A stretch of 20,000 bases of DNA from an uncultured virus (IMG/VR IMGVR_UViG_3300036401_000412) (lineage: Duplodnaviria; Heunggongvirae; Uroviricota; Caudoviricetes): the IMG/VR virus record IMGVR_UViG_3300036401_000412. The stretch is one strand, 5' to 3'. Below are positions 7,358 through 14,706 of this stretch, in pieces. Numbering within the stretch: the stretch's first letter is position 1; each line of letters opens with the position of its first letter. The position numbers and the translations under genes were made by a program. The notes under the pieces were generated by a model, which worked only from the letters and a program-made list of their open reading frames with translations, did no database searches and was not told where the DNA came from.

Positions 7358-9562
7358 ATGGCCATCCAAACCCTAACGGGAAACGAGTTCGAACACGGCT
7401 CGGCAATCGACAACACCCAGACCGATCAGTTCGTGCTGACCGGTGCCGCCAACATCGTCCAGGAGGGCGCCGGCAATATCAAGGTTGTGGGTGTCACAAC
7501 TGCGACATTCGGCCTCGACACCGGCTCGACCGTGATGCTCGACAGCGCGTCGGGCACCAGCGTCAGCGTGCGACTCGACGGTGACACCAACACGGTGATG
7601 GCATCGAAATCCGGCGACGCGCTGTCCGGTTCTACGGTGAGCATCACCGCGACCGGCATCGGCACGCTGGCGGGCAACAACACCGTCGCGCTGACCAATA
7701 ACGGTGGCAGCACCACGGTCAGTCTGGCGGGGTCGCAGGATGCGGTGTTTCTGAACAGCGACGCCACCAACGTCATCAGCACCGGTCAGGACGCGACCGG
7801 CTTCGGTGGCGCGATCATCACCATCGGCTCGCCGTTCGATGATGTGTTCGGATCGAGCAGCAAGATCGCCATCAGCGGGTCCACCAACACCGTGTTTACC
7901 GGCGACGCCAACACCAGCGTCACGGGCGGCACCAGCAACAACACGATCGCGCTGGGCGACGGCAACAACCGGGTGAGCGTGAGCGGCACCGCCAACCACA
8001 TCAGCGTGGGTGGCGGCGACAACGTCATCAACGCGGGTGGCGACGGCGCCGTGGTCAACATCACCGGCATCGACGGCAAGAGCCTGCCGGCGTTCGTGCC
8101 CGAGATCGGCGATCCCGGCCTGCACGATCATCCGAAAGACGTCGTCACCATCGCGGGCGCCAATGATCTGGTCACCGCGACGTATGAGGATGTCACGGTG
8201 AACGGTGGCGGCGTCACCAAGGCGGCGACAGTGCTGCTCGGCGACGGCAACAACATCGTCACGCTCGGCGGTGCGGGCGGCGACACCATCACGGTCGGCA
8301 ACGGGTTCAACCATATCCACGCGAGTGGCAATGGCAACGCGCTGACGCTCGGCAACGGTATCAATCAGGTGCTGTTCTCGGGCAACGGCAACGTGGCGAC
8401 GGTGAAGGATACCACGGGGGTCGGCAACGACAGCTTCCAACTCCAGGCCGGCGTGGGTGACACCATCCTGTTCGGCATGGCGGGCGGCGCGGTGGCCGGC
8501 ACGGCGACGAAGGGGGTGACCACCGTCACCCAGGACGCCAAGTCGGCGAACCAAGTGGTGGTCAACCTTGTTGGCGGCACGGGCGCGGTCACGCTCGGGC
8601 AGGGACGCGACAGCGTCACGGCCAACGGCGACAAGAGCGTCATCACGGTCGGCAGCGGAAAGGATACCATCACCGCGAACGGCAATGGCGACGTGATCAA
8701 GTGGGGCAACGGCGCCGACACCGTTGTCGCGAACGGCGCGGGTGACAAGCTGACCGGGCTGAACGGCGCGAGCGTCATCACCGCCAACGGGCCGAGCGAC
8801 ACCATCAGCCTCGGCAACGGCGGCAACACGCTGACCGCCAACGGCGCGGGTGACACGATCAAGGTCGGCAGCGGCGCCAACACGATCCAGGCGAACGGCG
8901 CGGGCGACACCATCACCGCACTCGGTGGTTCCAACCATATCGAGGCGAGCGGCAATGGCACGTCGATCAAGGCCGGAGACGGGAACAACACCGTCATCGC
9001 CAACGGCAACAACGAGACCATCACGTTGGGGTCGGGCAGCAACGGCGTCACCGCCCTCGGCAGCGGCGACACCGTCACCATCGCGGCCAATTCCTTGAGC
9101 AAGGATAGCGTCGCGCTGGGCGATCATGACGCGCTGCGCATCTCGGGAGGCACCGACAAGATCAGCCTCGCGGGTGCGTCCGACACCGTCTCGGCGAACA
9201 ACCTGATCGCCGGGTCGCAGATCACGGCGGCCGGCAACGGCGAGATGCTGTTCCTGGGCGGCAACTCCTCGACCGGCGTCCATCTCAATCCGGTGGGCAC
9301 GGGCGAGCAGGTGACGGTGCAGGCGTTGGGGACGGACAACGCCTATAGCGGCAACGTGCAGGTCTCGGGCTTCGGCCTGGGCGACGTGATGAACCTCAAC
9401 GGTCTCGGGTTCACCAGCTTCCTGGGCGTGTTGCAGGCCATGTCGTTCGGCCCGACCCAGGACGTGTTGAAGCTGACCGGTGGCGGCTCGATCGCGTTCG
9501 ACAACCCGACCGCCTTCTCGGCCAGTGAGTTCAAGTTCAGCACCACTCACGGGCTGGTCTAA
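7358..9562 (+). CDS. Gly/Asn/Thr-rich beta-roll (RTX-like) surface protein, putative type I secretion substrate
   Basis: AAGGA RBS; no signal peptide; nonapeptide repeats (LGDGNNRVS, VGSGKDTIT, ANGAGDTIK). The C-terminus VSGFGLGDVMNLNGLGFTSFLGVLQAM...VLKLTGGGSIAF...FSASEFKF resembles T1SS/RTX C-terminal secretion domains. Confidence 0.8.
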   Translation: MAIQTLTGNEFEHGSAIDNTQTDQFVLTGAANIVQEGAGNIKVVGVTTATFGLDTGSTVMLDSASGTSVSVRLDGDTNTVMASKSGDALSGSTVSITATGIGTLAGNNTVALTNNGGSTTVSLAGSQDAVFLNSDATNVISTGQDATGFGGAIITIGSPFDDVFGSSSKIAISGSTNTVFTGDANTSVTGGTSNNTIALGDGNNRVSVSGTANHISVGGGDNVINAGGDGAVVNITGIDGKSLPAFVPEIGDPGLHDHPKDVVTIAGANDLVTATYEDVTVNGGGVTKAATVLLGDGNNIVTLGGAGGDTITVGNGFNHIHASGNGNALTLGNGINQVLFSGNGNVATVKDTTGVGNDSFQLQAGVGDTILFGMAGGAVAGTATKGVTTVTQDAKSANQVVVNLVGGTGAVTLGQGRDSVTANGDKSVITVGSGKDTITANGNGDVIKWGNGADTVVANGAGDKLTGLNGASVITANGPSDTISLGNGGNTLTANGAGDTIKVGSGANTIQANGAGDTITALGGSNHIEASGNGTSIKAGDGNNTVIANGNNETITLGSGSNGVTALGSGDTVTIAANSLSKDSVALGDHDALRISGGTDKISLAGASDTVSANNLIAGSQITAAGNGEMLFLGGNSSTGVHLNPVGTGEQVTVQALGTDNAYSGNVQVSGFGLGDVMNLNGLGFTSFLGVLQAMSFGPTQDVLKLTGGGSIAFDNPTAFSASEFKFSTTHGLV
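8594..9079 (+). repeat. 18 tandem 27-nt (9-aa) degenerate coding repeats
   Basis: LGQGRDSVT ANGDKSVIT VGSGKDTIT ANGNGDVIK WGNGADTVV ANGAGDKLT ... LGSGSNGVT ALGSGDTVT: strict 9-aa register with A/B alternation. Confidence 0.9.
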
Positions 9563-9649
9563 CCTATCGCCCGGCGGGCCTTTTCGACCTGCCGGGCACC
9601 GCCGCTCTCCGCGCGGCGCCGAGCCGCGTTGAGAGGTCTGAGGAAACTT

Positions 9650-9683
9650 GGGGCCGTCCCACTCCGAGGCGGCCCCCTTTTTT
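9650..9683 (+). terminator. Intrinsic terminator of the plus-strand cargo unit
   Basis: GGGGCCGTC...GGCGGCCCC stem followed by CTTTTTT. Confidence 0.8.
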
Positions 9684-9687
9684 GGGC

Positions 9688-9718
9688 AAAGAAAAAGCCC
9701 CCCGAGCAACCGGGGGGC
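9688..9718 (-). terminator. Intrinsic terminator of the minus-strand tail operon
   Basis: GCCCCCCG-agcaac-CGGGGGGC stem preceded on the plus strand by AAAGAAAAA (a U tract on the minus strand). Confidence 0.8.
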
Positions 9719-9750
9719 GAAGTCGATGTCTCTCCAGAGGATCGCCGAGG

Positions 9751-10020
9751 CTACTCGGCCGCCGGCTCGCTGACCACCTCCGGGTTGTCGTCCGACACCG
9801 CGTGCAGGCGTCGCGTGGCCGGGGAGGGTGGCTCACGCGACGCCGCTTCCTGCTGGCGCAGCGCCGTGATCTGGTTCTGCACCTGGGCACGGAAATTGAG
9901 CACGATATCGGCCACCTCATCGAACGGCCGTTTCGCGACGATACCCTGCACCGTGTTGAACATATCCAGTGGCATCTGGAGCGTGATCATCGGGTTCGGG
10001 TTGGGCATCATCGCGACCAT
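9751..10020 (-). CDS. Small helical/coiled-coil phage protein
   Basis: GGAGG RBS; ITLQMPLDMFNTVQGIVAKRPFDEVADIVLNFRAQVQNQI resembles small proteins often seen after phage fibre genes. Confidence 0.75.
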   Translation of the reverse strand: MVAMMPNPNPMITLQMPLDMFNTVQGIVAKRPFDEVADIVLNFRAQVQNQITALRQQEAASREPPSPATRRLHAVSDDNPEVVSEPAAE

Positions 10021-10032
10021 CGCGGCCTCCGT

Positions 10033-10569
10033 TTACTTCGGCGCGGGCGCGGGCGGCAGCGGCGTGCCGACCGAAAGCGACGGGTCAACGCACACATAGC
10101 GCCAACCGACGCCGGGGATGCCGGCGACCACCCAGAACTTGCCGGAGGGCAGACTGTTGTCAGGCTGTCCGCCAGAGCCGCCAGGGAGGCCCTGGTCGGG
10201 CCGCTCGCCACCCGGCAGCGGTTGGCCACTGGCATGCGGCGGACGGCCAGGGAGGCCCTGGTCGGGCCGCGCCGGGCGGCCTGGGGACGGCCAGATGGTG
10301 CCGGGTGCGACCGGCAGGGTGTTGTCCGGGCCGATCGGCACGATGGGCCGGGTGAACGACGGCGGCGGCCAGATGCCGGGCGGTGGTTCGGGCAGGGTGA
10401 CGCCGATCGGCGGCGTGCCGGGCGGCAGGCTGTTGTCGATGCTGCCGCCCTGATCCATCCCATAGCCGGGGTCGACCGGGCCTTCCATGCCGGGCAGGCC
10501 CTGGTCAGGATGGCCGCCGGCCATCGTGGAGACGCGGAGATGACCGCCGAGAACGCGGACAACTGTCAT
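10033..10569 (-). CDS. Proline/glycine-rich repeat protein
   Basis: Start corrected to ATG 10569 (AGGAG RBS). Repeats PDQGLPG x3, (P/I)DN(S/T)LP x3 and PG(T)IWP x2; C-terminal KFWVVAGIPGVGWRYVCVDP. Confidence 0.8.
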   Translation of the reverse strand: MTVVRVLGGHLRVSTMAGGHPDQGLPGMEGPVDPGYGMDQGGSIDNSLPPGTPPIGVTLPEPPPGIWPPPSFTRPIVPIGPDNTLPVAPGTIWPSPGRPARPDQGLPGRPPHASGQPLPGGERPDQGLPGGSGGQPDNSLPSGKFWVVAGIPGVGWRYVCVDPSLSVGTPLPPAPAPK

Positions 10570-10669
10570 GCCAAAATACTCCTGTTGGGGTGGGTCGTGC
10601 GGCACGCATAGCCCGGAACCGGCGCGGCTGTCGCGTGACATCACTCGGGGCGCGAGGCCGCCCAGGTGG

Positions 10670-12001
10670 TCATGCGGTCTCCAGCGCCATCACCCGCGCG
10701 GCCAGTTCGGTGACCGCGTTGGCGAGCGCGTAGAGCAGCGGCGTGGCGTCGAGGGTGAGTAGTTCGGTCTCGGCCGCATCGTCCGGGTTGAGCTTGGCGG
10801 TGCGGGTCGCGATCATCTCCGGCATCACCGGAGCCACCGCCTGGGCGATCAGCCCGTAGTAAGTCTGCCCGGTCGCCGGCATGCCGCCCTGACCGTTGTA
10901 TTGATATGATACCGGACGGAGTTGACTGATCTCGGCGAGGCCCGCTTTGTAGTCGGCGATGTTGGTCTTGAGCCGCTCATCCGACACGCTGTTCCATGAG
11001 CCGCCGCCCGGCTTGTAGGCTTGGCCGTTGACCAGCAACGAGAGATTCTGATCGATATACATCGCGATCGCCGGGGTGACGCCCGCCCCCGCCGCGACGT
11101 TCGGTGCCGCCTCGAAATTCAACTGAAATCCGAGATTGCGCACCGACCAGCCATAGCCGCCCTTGAGACTGAAGAAATTGGTGTTGTCGGTGTAGAGATT
11201 GAACAGCGCCGCGCTGGTGGTGATGCCGTTGGCGAACGCCCAGCCACCGTTGGCGTTGGCCAGCACGTTGGCCGGCTCGGCCATGCCGAGCAGTATGTTG
11301 CCCTTGCGGGTGATCATCAGTGCCGGATTGGTGGCCATTGCTCCGGCATCGTCGAACGTCCAGACGCGAAGATTATCGGTGACCTCGATGGAAAAACGCG
11401 GCAGGCTATCAAGATCAAATTCGATATAGGTGCCGAGATCGCCGGTCGAGCGGCTGCCGATGGCGATGCCGGACCACCCCGGCGAGTCGGCCGACGACGC
11501 GGGCGCCATCCAGACATAGGCGTCGGCCGCCGCGTCGCCCACGCTGGCGGTGTTGATGACATAGAGATCGGCCGCGTTCAGCCAAGCAGCGGCGGTGAGA
11601 CTGCCGTTGAAGGTCGCGTCCTCCCACACCGCGAGGCCACCGGTCACCGTGAGATCGCCCGTGACGTTGGGGGTGAGCGTGGTCGGGGCCGGCGACCACG
11701 CGCCGTTCAGCCGGCAATAGGGCGTGCCGTCCGAGGGCGCGTCCGGCATGCCGCCACCGGGGCCACCGAGCAGCGCGTCGACGTAGCTCTTGGGCACCCC
11801 ATGCGACGGATCGGTGGGCGCCTTGTCGAGCGTGATGTTGCCCACGACGGAGGGGTTGGCGAGGATGCCGCCGTCGTCATCCACCTTGCGCGAGAACATG
11901 GAGTTCCAGTGGTCCGAGTCCGGCACCCACTGGGGATAGAACCCGTAGCTCTTGTTGCTGCCGAGCACGAGGGCGGCGGGATCGGCGCTGGTATCGCTCA
12001 T
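10670..12001 (-). CDS. Tail fibre/spike 2 with C-terminal intramolecular chaperone (peptidase S74)
   Basis: Start at ATG 12001 (ATGA overlap). SDERLKTNI...LRPVSYQY...YGLIAQAV followed by a terminal coiled coil; foldon-like DAPSDGTPYCRLNGAW; PTDPSHGVPKSYVD neck-like motif. Confidence 0.9.
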   Translation of the reverse strand: MSDTSADPAALVLGSNKSYGFYPQWVPDSDHWNSMFSRKVDDDGGILANPSVVGNITLDKAPTDPSHGVPKSYVDALLGGPGGGMPDAPSDGTPYCRLNGAWSPAPTTLTPNVTGDLTVTGGLAVWEDATFNGSLTAAAWLNAADLYVINTASVGDAAADAYVWMAPASSADSPGWSGIAIGSRSTGDLGTYIEFDLDSLPRFSIEVTDNLRVWTFDDAGAMATNPALMITRKGNILLGMAEPANVLANANGGWAFANGITTSAALFNLYTDNTNFFSLKGGYGWSVRNLGFQLNFEAAPNVAAGAGVTPAIAMYIDQNLSLLVNGQAYKPGGGSWNSVSDERLKTNIADYKAGLAEISQLRPVSYQYNGQGGMPATGQTYYGLIAQAVAPVMPEMIATRTAKLNPDDAAETELLTLDATPLLYALANAVTELAARVMALETA

Positions 12002-12408
12002 GGAATGGCTCCCAGGCCGATGCCGGTGGTTTGGATGATCAGCGGCCCGGTGCCGGCGATCGGCCCGAGCACCGCGAAGTTGCCGGCCTTCGCCGTGCAC
12101 TGCACCTGCCCCATCACGACACGCTCGGGCGTCACCACGATGAACGCCTGCGCGAAGGTCACGCCCGGCACCGTCATCGCGGCGCCCGATAGCTCTGCCT
12201 TGAGCAGCGGCAGCGGCGGCGACTGGCCGAGGATGTCCTCGAAATACCGCACGCCTTTTGAGGTGTCATAGTAGAGTTCGCCGTTGAACAGCCGGATCGC
12301 CGAGGCGGCGTCCTGCGCCATGCTGTAGGGATCGGACGCCACCGCGAGATTGCCGAACGCATCGAGTGTCAAATCCCACTGTTCGGTATCGAGCAGGAGC
12401 GTCTGCAT
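11998..12408 (-). CDS. Baseplate wedge / sheath-initiator (gp25/gp46-like) protein
   Basis: MQTLLLDTEQWDLTLDAFGNLA...AQDAASAIRLFNGELYYDTSKGVRYFEDILG...AMTVPGV is characteristic of this myophage baseplate family. Confidence 0.8.
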   Translation of the reverse strand: MQTLLLDTEQWDLTLDAFGNLAVASDPYSMAQDAASAIRLFNGELYYDTSKGVRYFEDILGQSPPLPLLKAELSGAAMTVPGVTFAQAFIVVTPERVVMGQVQCTAKAGNFAVLGPIAGTGPLIIQTTGIGLGAIP

Positions 12409-14018
12409 CAGACCCGCGCCTCGACGACGGCGAGCCGCTCGGTGAGGGCCGCGAGCGCGGCTTCCATCGCGATGATGTTGGCGGCATGCACCGTGCCGGT
12501 GGCCACGAAATTGCCGTTGCCATCGACGGTGACGCCAACGAGGGGCGTGTTGGCGGCGCTGATGGTGATGAGGCTGCGGGTGTTGTCGCGGAAGATGTAG
12601 CCCGTGTGGCTGCCAACGGCATCGGAGAACCGGATGACGCTGTCGGTGAGGAAACCGCCCGCCCCGCTGACGTTGCCGACGATGATCTCGCCCTTCGTCG
12701 AAAGCCCGCCATACACGTTGATGGTGACGACGTTGGTCGCGCTCTCGACCGCACCACCGTTCGTCCAGGTGCCGAGCGTCACGACGTCATTGACCGGATC
12801 GTTGCCGTTGGGATTGGCGGAAAACTTGCGATGGATGAAGCCGCGACTGCCGCCCCAATCGACGTTGGGACTATCGGTGAAATAGAGCGATGAGTCCTGA
12901 CCGCCGAGATTGAGCGCACCGGACAACTGCATGAAACTGAGAACGTGCAGCGTGCCGTTGATCTGCTGTGAACCGTCGACCTGCACTTGCGTGCCGCCCC
13001 CGGTGCCGGCCACATGCAGTATCGTGTTGATGGTCGCCGAGCCGGCGGTGAGCGCGTGGGTGATCGAGGCGCTATCGGCCGTGACGGCACCAGAGAACCA
13101 CCCCGATGCGGCGGTGAGCGCGCCGTCGAAGGTGCCGGTGCCGCCCGAGATGTCACCGGTCACCGCCAGCGACGCGCCCGTGATTGCGCCCGTGATCGTC
13201 GCCGAGGCGGCGTGCAGCGCGCCCGTGGTAACGATCGGACCGCTCGCGGTGATCGCCCCGGTATGGGTATCGCCCGTGACCACCAGATCGCCCGTAGTGG
13301 TGGTGCCGGCGATCTCGGCATCACCGGCCCCGCTGATATTGACGATCAGCCCACCGAGCGTCGCGGTGCCGTTGGCGGTCAGGTCGCGGAGATTGAACAG
13401 ATCACCCGAGTCATTGAGGGTGAAAATCTCGTTGCCCTGATTGTTGTTGAGAATGACGAAATTGCCGTCATGCACGTGGATGTATTTGTTGGGCGAGACT
13501 GTGCCGTTGCCCAGGAACCGCAGATACACCCCGCGTGTGTTCGACACCGGATTGGAGGCCAGCGTGATCGCACCGATGATGGTGCCGCCCTGGACGCTGG
13601 GATCGGTGAAGGTCGGCGTCGTCCAGCCGGCGCCGCCCGCGTCCGGGTTGGTCAGGTTGTTGTCGACGGTCGACACCCAGATGAGATTGGCCGTGACATT
13701 GGAGCCGACCCGCGCCTCGGCGGGATAGCCCTTGATGGTCGCCTGGAACGTGGGGTCGTAGCGGATCGGGCCGCCCGCCTGATACCACTGATCCCACAGC
13801 GTGGTGGCATACAGCGCGCCGTTCATGTCCTTGCCGAACGGCGGCACCCCGCCGGCCGCGACGGCGGTGAAGTTGAGCGGCACGAAGCCGTCGGGCCATG
13901 ACGCGGCGCCGTTGACCTTGCCGATCTGCGACGTGGTGGGGACGGTGCGGCGGAAGTCAGCCGCCGCCAGCGCAGCCCACGGTGTGGCGATCTTGGGCGG
14001 AGCGTTCACACGCTGCAT
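12408..14018 (-). CDS. Tail fibre protein 1
   Basis: Start corrected to ATG 14018 (GAGAGG RBS). N-terminal anchor VPTTSQIGKVNGAASWPDGFVPLNFTAVAAGGVPPFGKDMNGALY...IKGYPAEA...WVSTVDNNLTNPD...W as in fibres that follow DUF2612 genes; Gly/Thr/Ala beta shaft; short C-terminal coiled coil. Confidence 0.85.
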   Translation of the reverse strand: MQRVNAPPKIATPWAALAAADFRRTVPTTSQIGKVNGAASWPDGFVPLNFTAVAAGGVPPFGKDMNGALYATTLWDQWYQAGGPIRYDPTFQATIKGYPAEARVGSNVTANLIWVSTVDNNLTNPDAGGAGWTTPTFTDPSVQGGTIIGAITLASNPVSNTRGVYLRFLGNGTVSPNKYIHVHDGNFVILNNNQGNEIFTLNDSGDLFNLRDLTANGTATLGGLIVNISGAGDAEIAGTTTTGDLVVTGDTHTGAITASGPIVTTGALHAASATITGAITGASLAVTGDISGGTGTFDGALTAASGWFSGAVTADSASITHALTAGSATINTILHVAGTGGGTQVQVDGSQQINGTLHVLSFMQLSGALNLGGQDSSLYFTDSPNVDWGGSRGFIHRKFSANPNGNDPVNDVVTLGTWTNGGAVESATNVVTINVYGGLSTKGEIIVGNVSGAGGFLTDSVIRFSDAVGSHTGYIFRDNTRSLITISAANTPLVGVTVDGNGNFVATGTVHAANIIAMEAALAALTERLAVVEARV

Positions 14019-14028
14019 GACACACCTC

Positions 14029-14706
14029 TCATGTGGCGGTGGCGCGCACCGCACCGCGACCGGCAATGCGGATCGGCGACAGCACGGTGGCATTCGCGCG
14101 CACGGTGCCCTGACCGGCGAAGTTGGGCGCCAGAAACTCATAACTGACCGCGACGCCGGTCGGACGCGGCAGCACGCCGGACTGACTGATGATCGCCGCC
14201 TCCACGGGCGTCGGCAGGAAGTGGAACACATAGCGCATCGTCATCACCCGCCCTTCCGGGCGATCGATCACGTAGACATCGCCGCGACCCCGGAACAGGT
14301 TGAGCAGGAGTTGATTGATCGCCGGGATGTTCGCGTTGATGATATTGAACGCGGCCTTCGCTATGACCAGCACGCGATAGCCTTCGTCGCTCAGGGCGTA
14401 ATTCCCGGTCAGTGGCTCACCGCTGTAGAACACGCCCTGATCGAACGGCCACGCCGACACGTTGGTCGCCTCGGTGAAGCCGAAATACGGATCGGCCGGC
14501 TGCACCTTGAGCACGCGGTCGACCGCGACGATGCGGCCCCACACGTCGAGACCGTAGCCTTGGGCAGTGTCGACGTTCCAGATGAGATTATAGAAGTCAT
14601 TGAGGTTGGCGCGCGGATCGAACCATTGGTTCATCGCATACAACAGCGTCTGCATGGTGGGCGACTGGTTGTATTGCGAGATGATGGTGCCTTGCCAGTT
14701 GATCAT
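14029..14706 (-). CDS. DUF2612-like baseplate wedge protein
   Basis: Start at ATG 14706. TIISQYNQSP...IWNVDTAQGYGLDVWGRIVAVDR...LSDEGYRVLVIAKAAFNI...LPRPTGV; directly follows baseplate J. Confidence 0.85.
   Translation of the reverse strand: MINWQGTIISQYNQSPTMQTLLYAMNQWFDPRANLNDFYNLIWNVDTAQGYGLDVWGRIVAVDRVLKVQPADPYFGFTEATNVSAWPFDQGVFYSGEPLTGNYALSDEGYRVLVIAKAAFNIINANIPAINQLLLNLFRGRGDVYVIDRPEGRVMTMRYVFHFLPTPVEAAIISQSGVLPRPTGVAVSYEFLAPNFAGQGTVRANATVLSPIRIAGRGAVRATAT

Noticed and set aside
8594..9079. Periodic DNA repeats as a CRISPR array or DGR template
   Set aside because: They are degenerate in-frame 27-nt coding repeats with no spacers. No cas gene, reverse transcriptase or adenine-specific TR/VR pair was seen.
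7373..9709. 778-aa minus-strand ORF, and similar long antisense ORFs at 1955-3304, 6041-7015, 11021-12271, 14952-16187 and 18700-19839
   Set aside because: Shadow frames of high-GC coding genes. They are Arg/Ala/Val/His-rich with no motifs, and the opposite strand has clear family signatures and RBSs.
5682..9720. Cargo region interpreted as host chromosome between two prophages
   Set aside because: No integrase, tRNA, att-like repeat or housekeeping gene at either border, and the cargo is co-oriented with and directly abuts the early operon. It cannot be fully excluded without wider context.
9751..10569. Lysis cassette (holin/spanin) at the end of the tail operon
   Set aside because: Neither ORF shows a transmembrane helix, lipobox or endolysin motif.
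12408..14231. Long N-terminal extensions given by the ORF track (also 14029-15408, 10670-12100, 5751-6482 and 785-1126)
   Set aside because: Most overlap neighbouring real genes, and 5751 lies in the regulatory gap. Downstream ATGs with an RBS or stop-start coupling give better starts.
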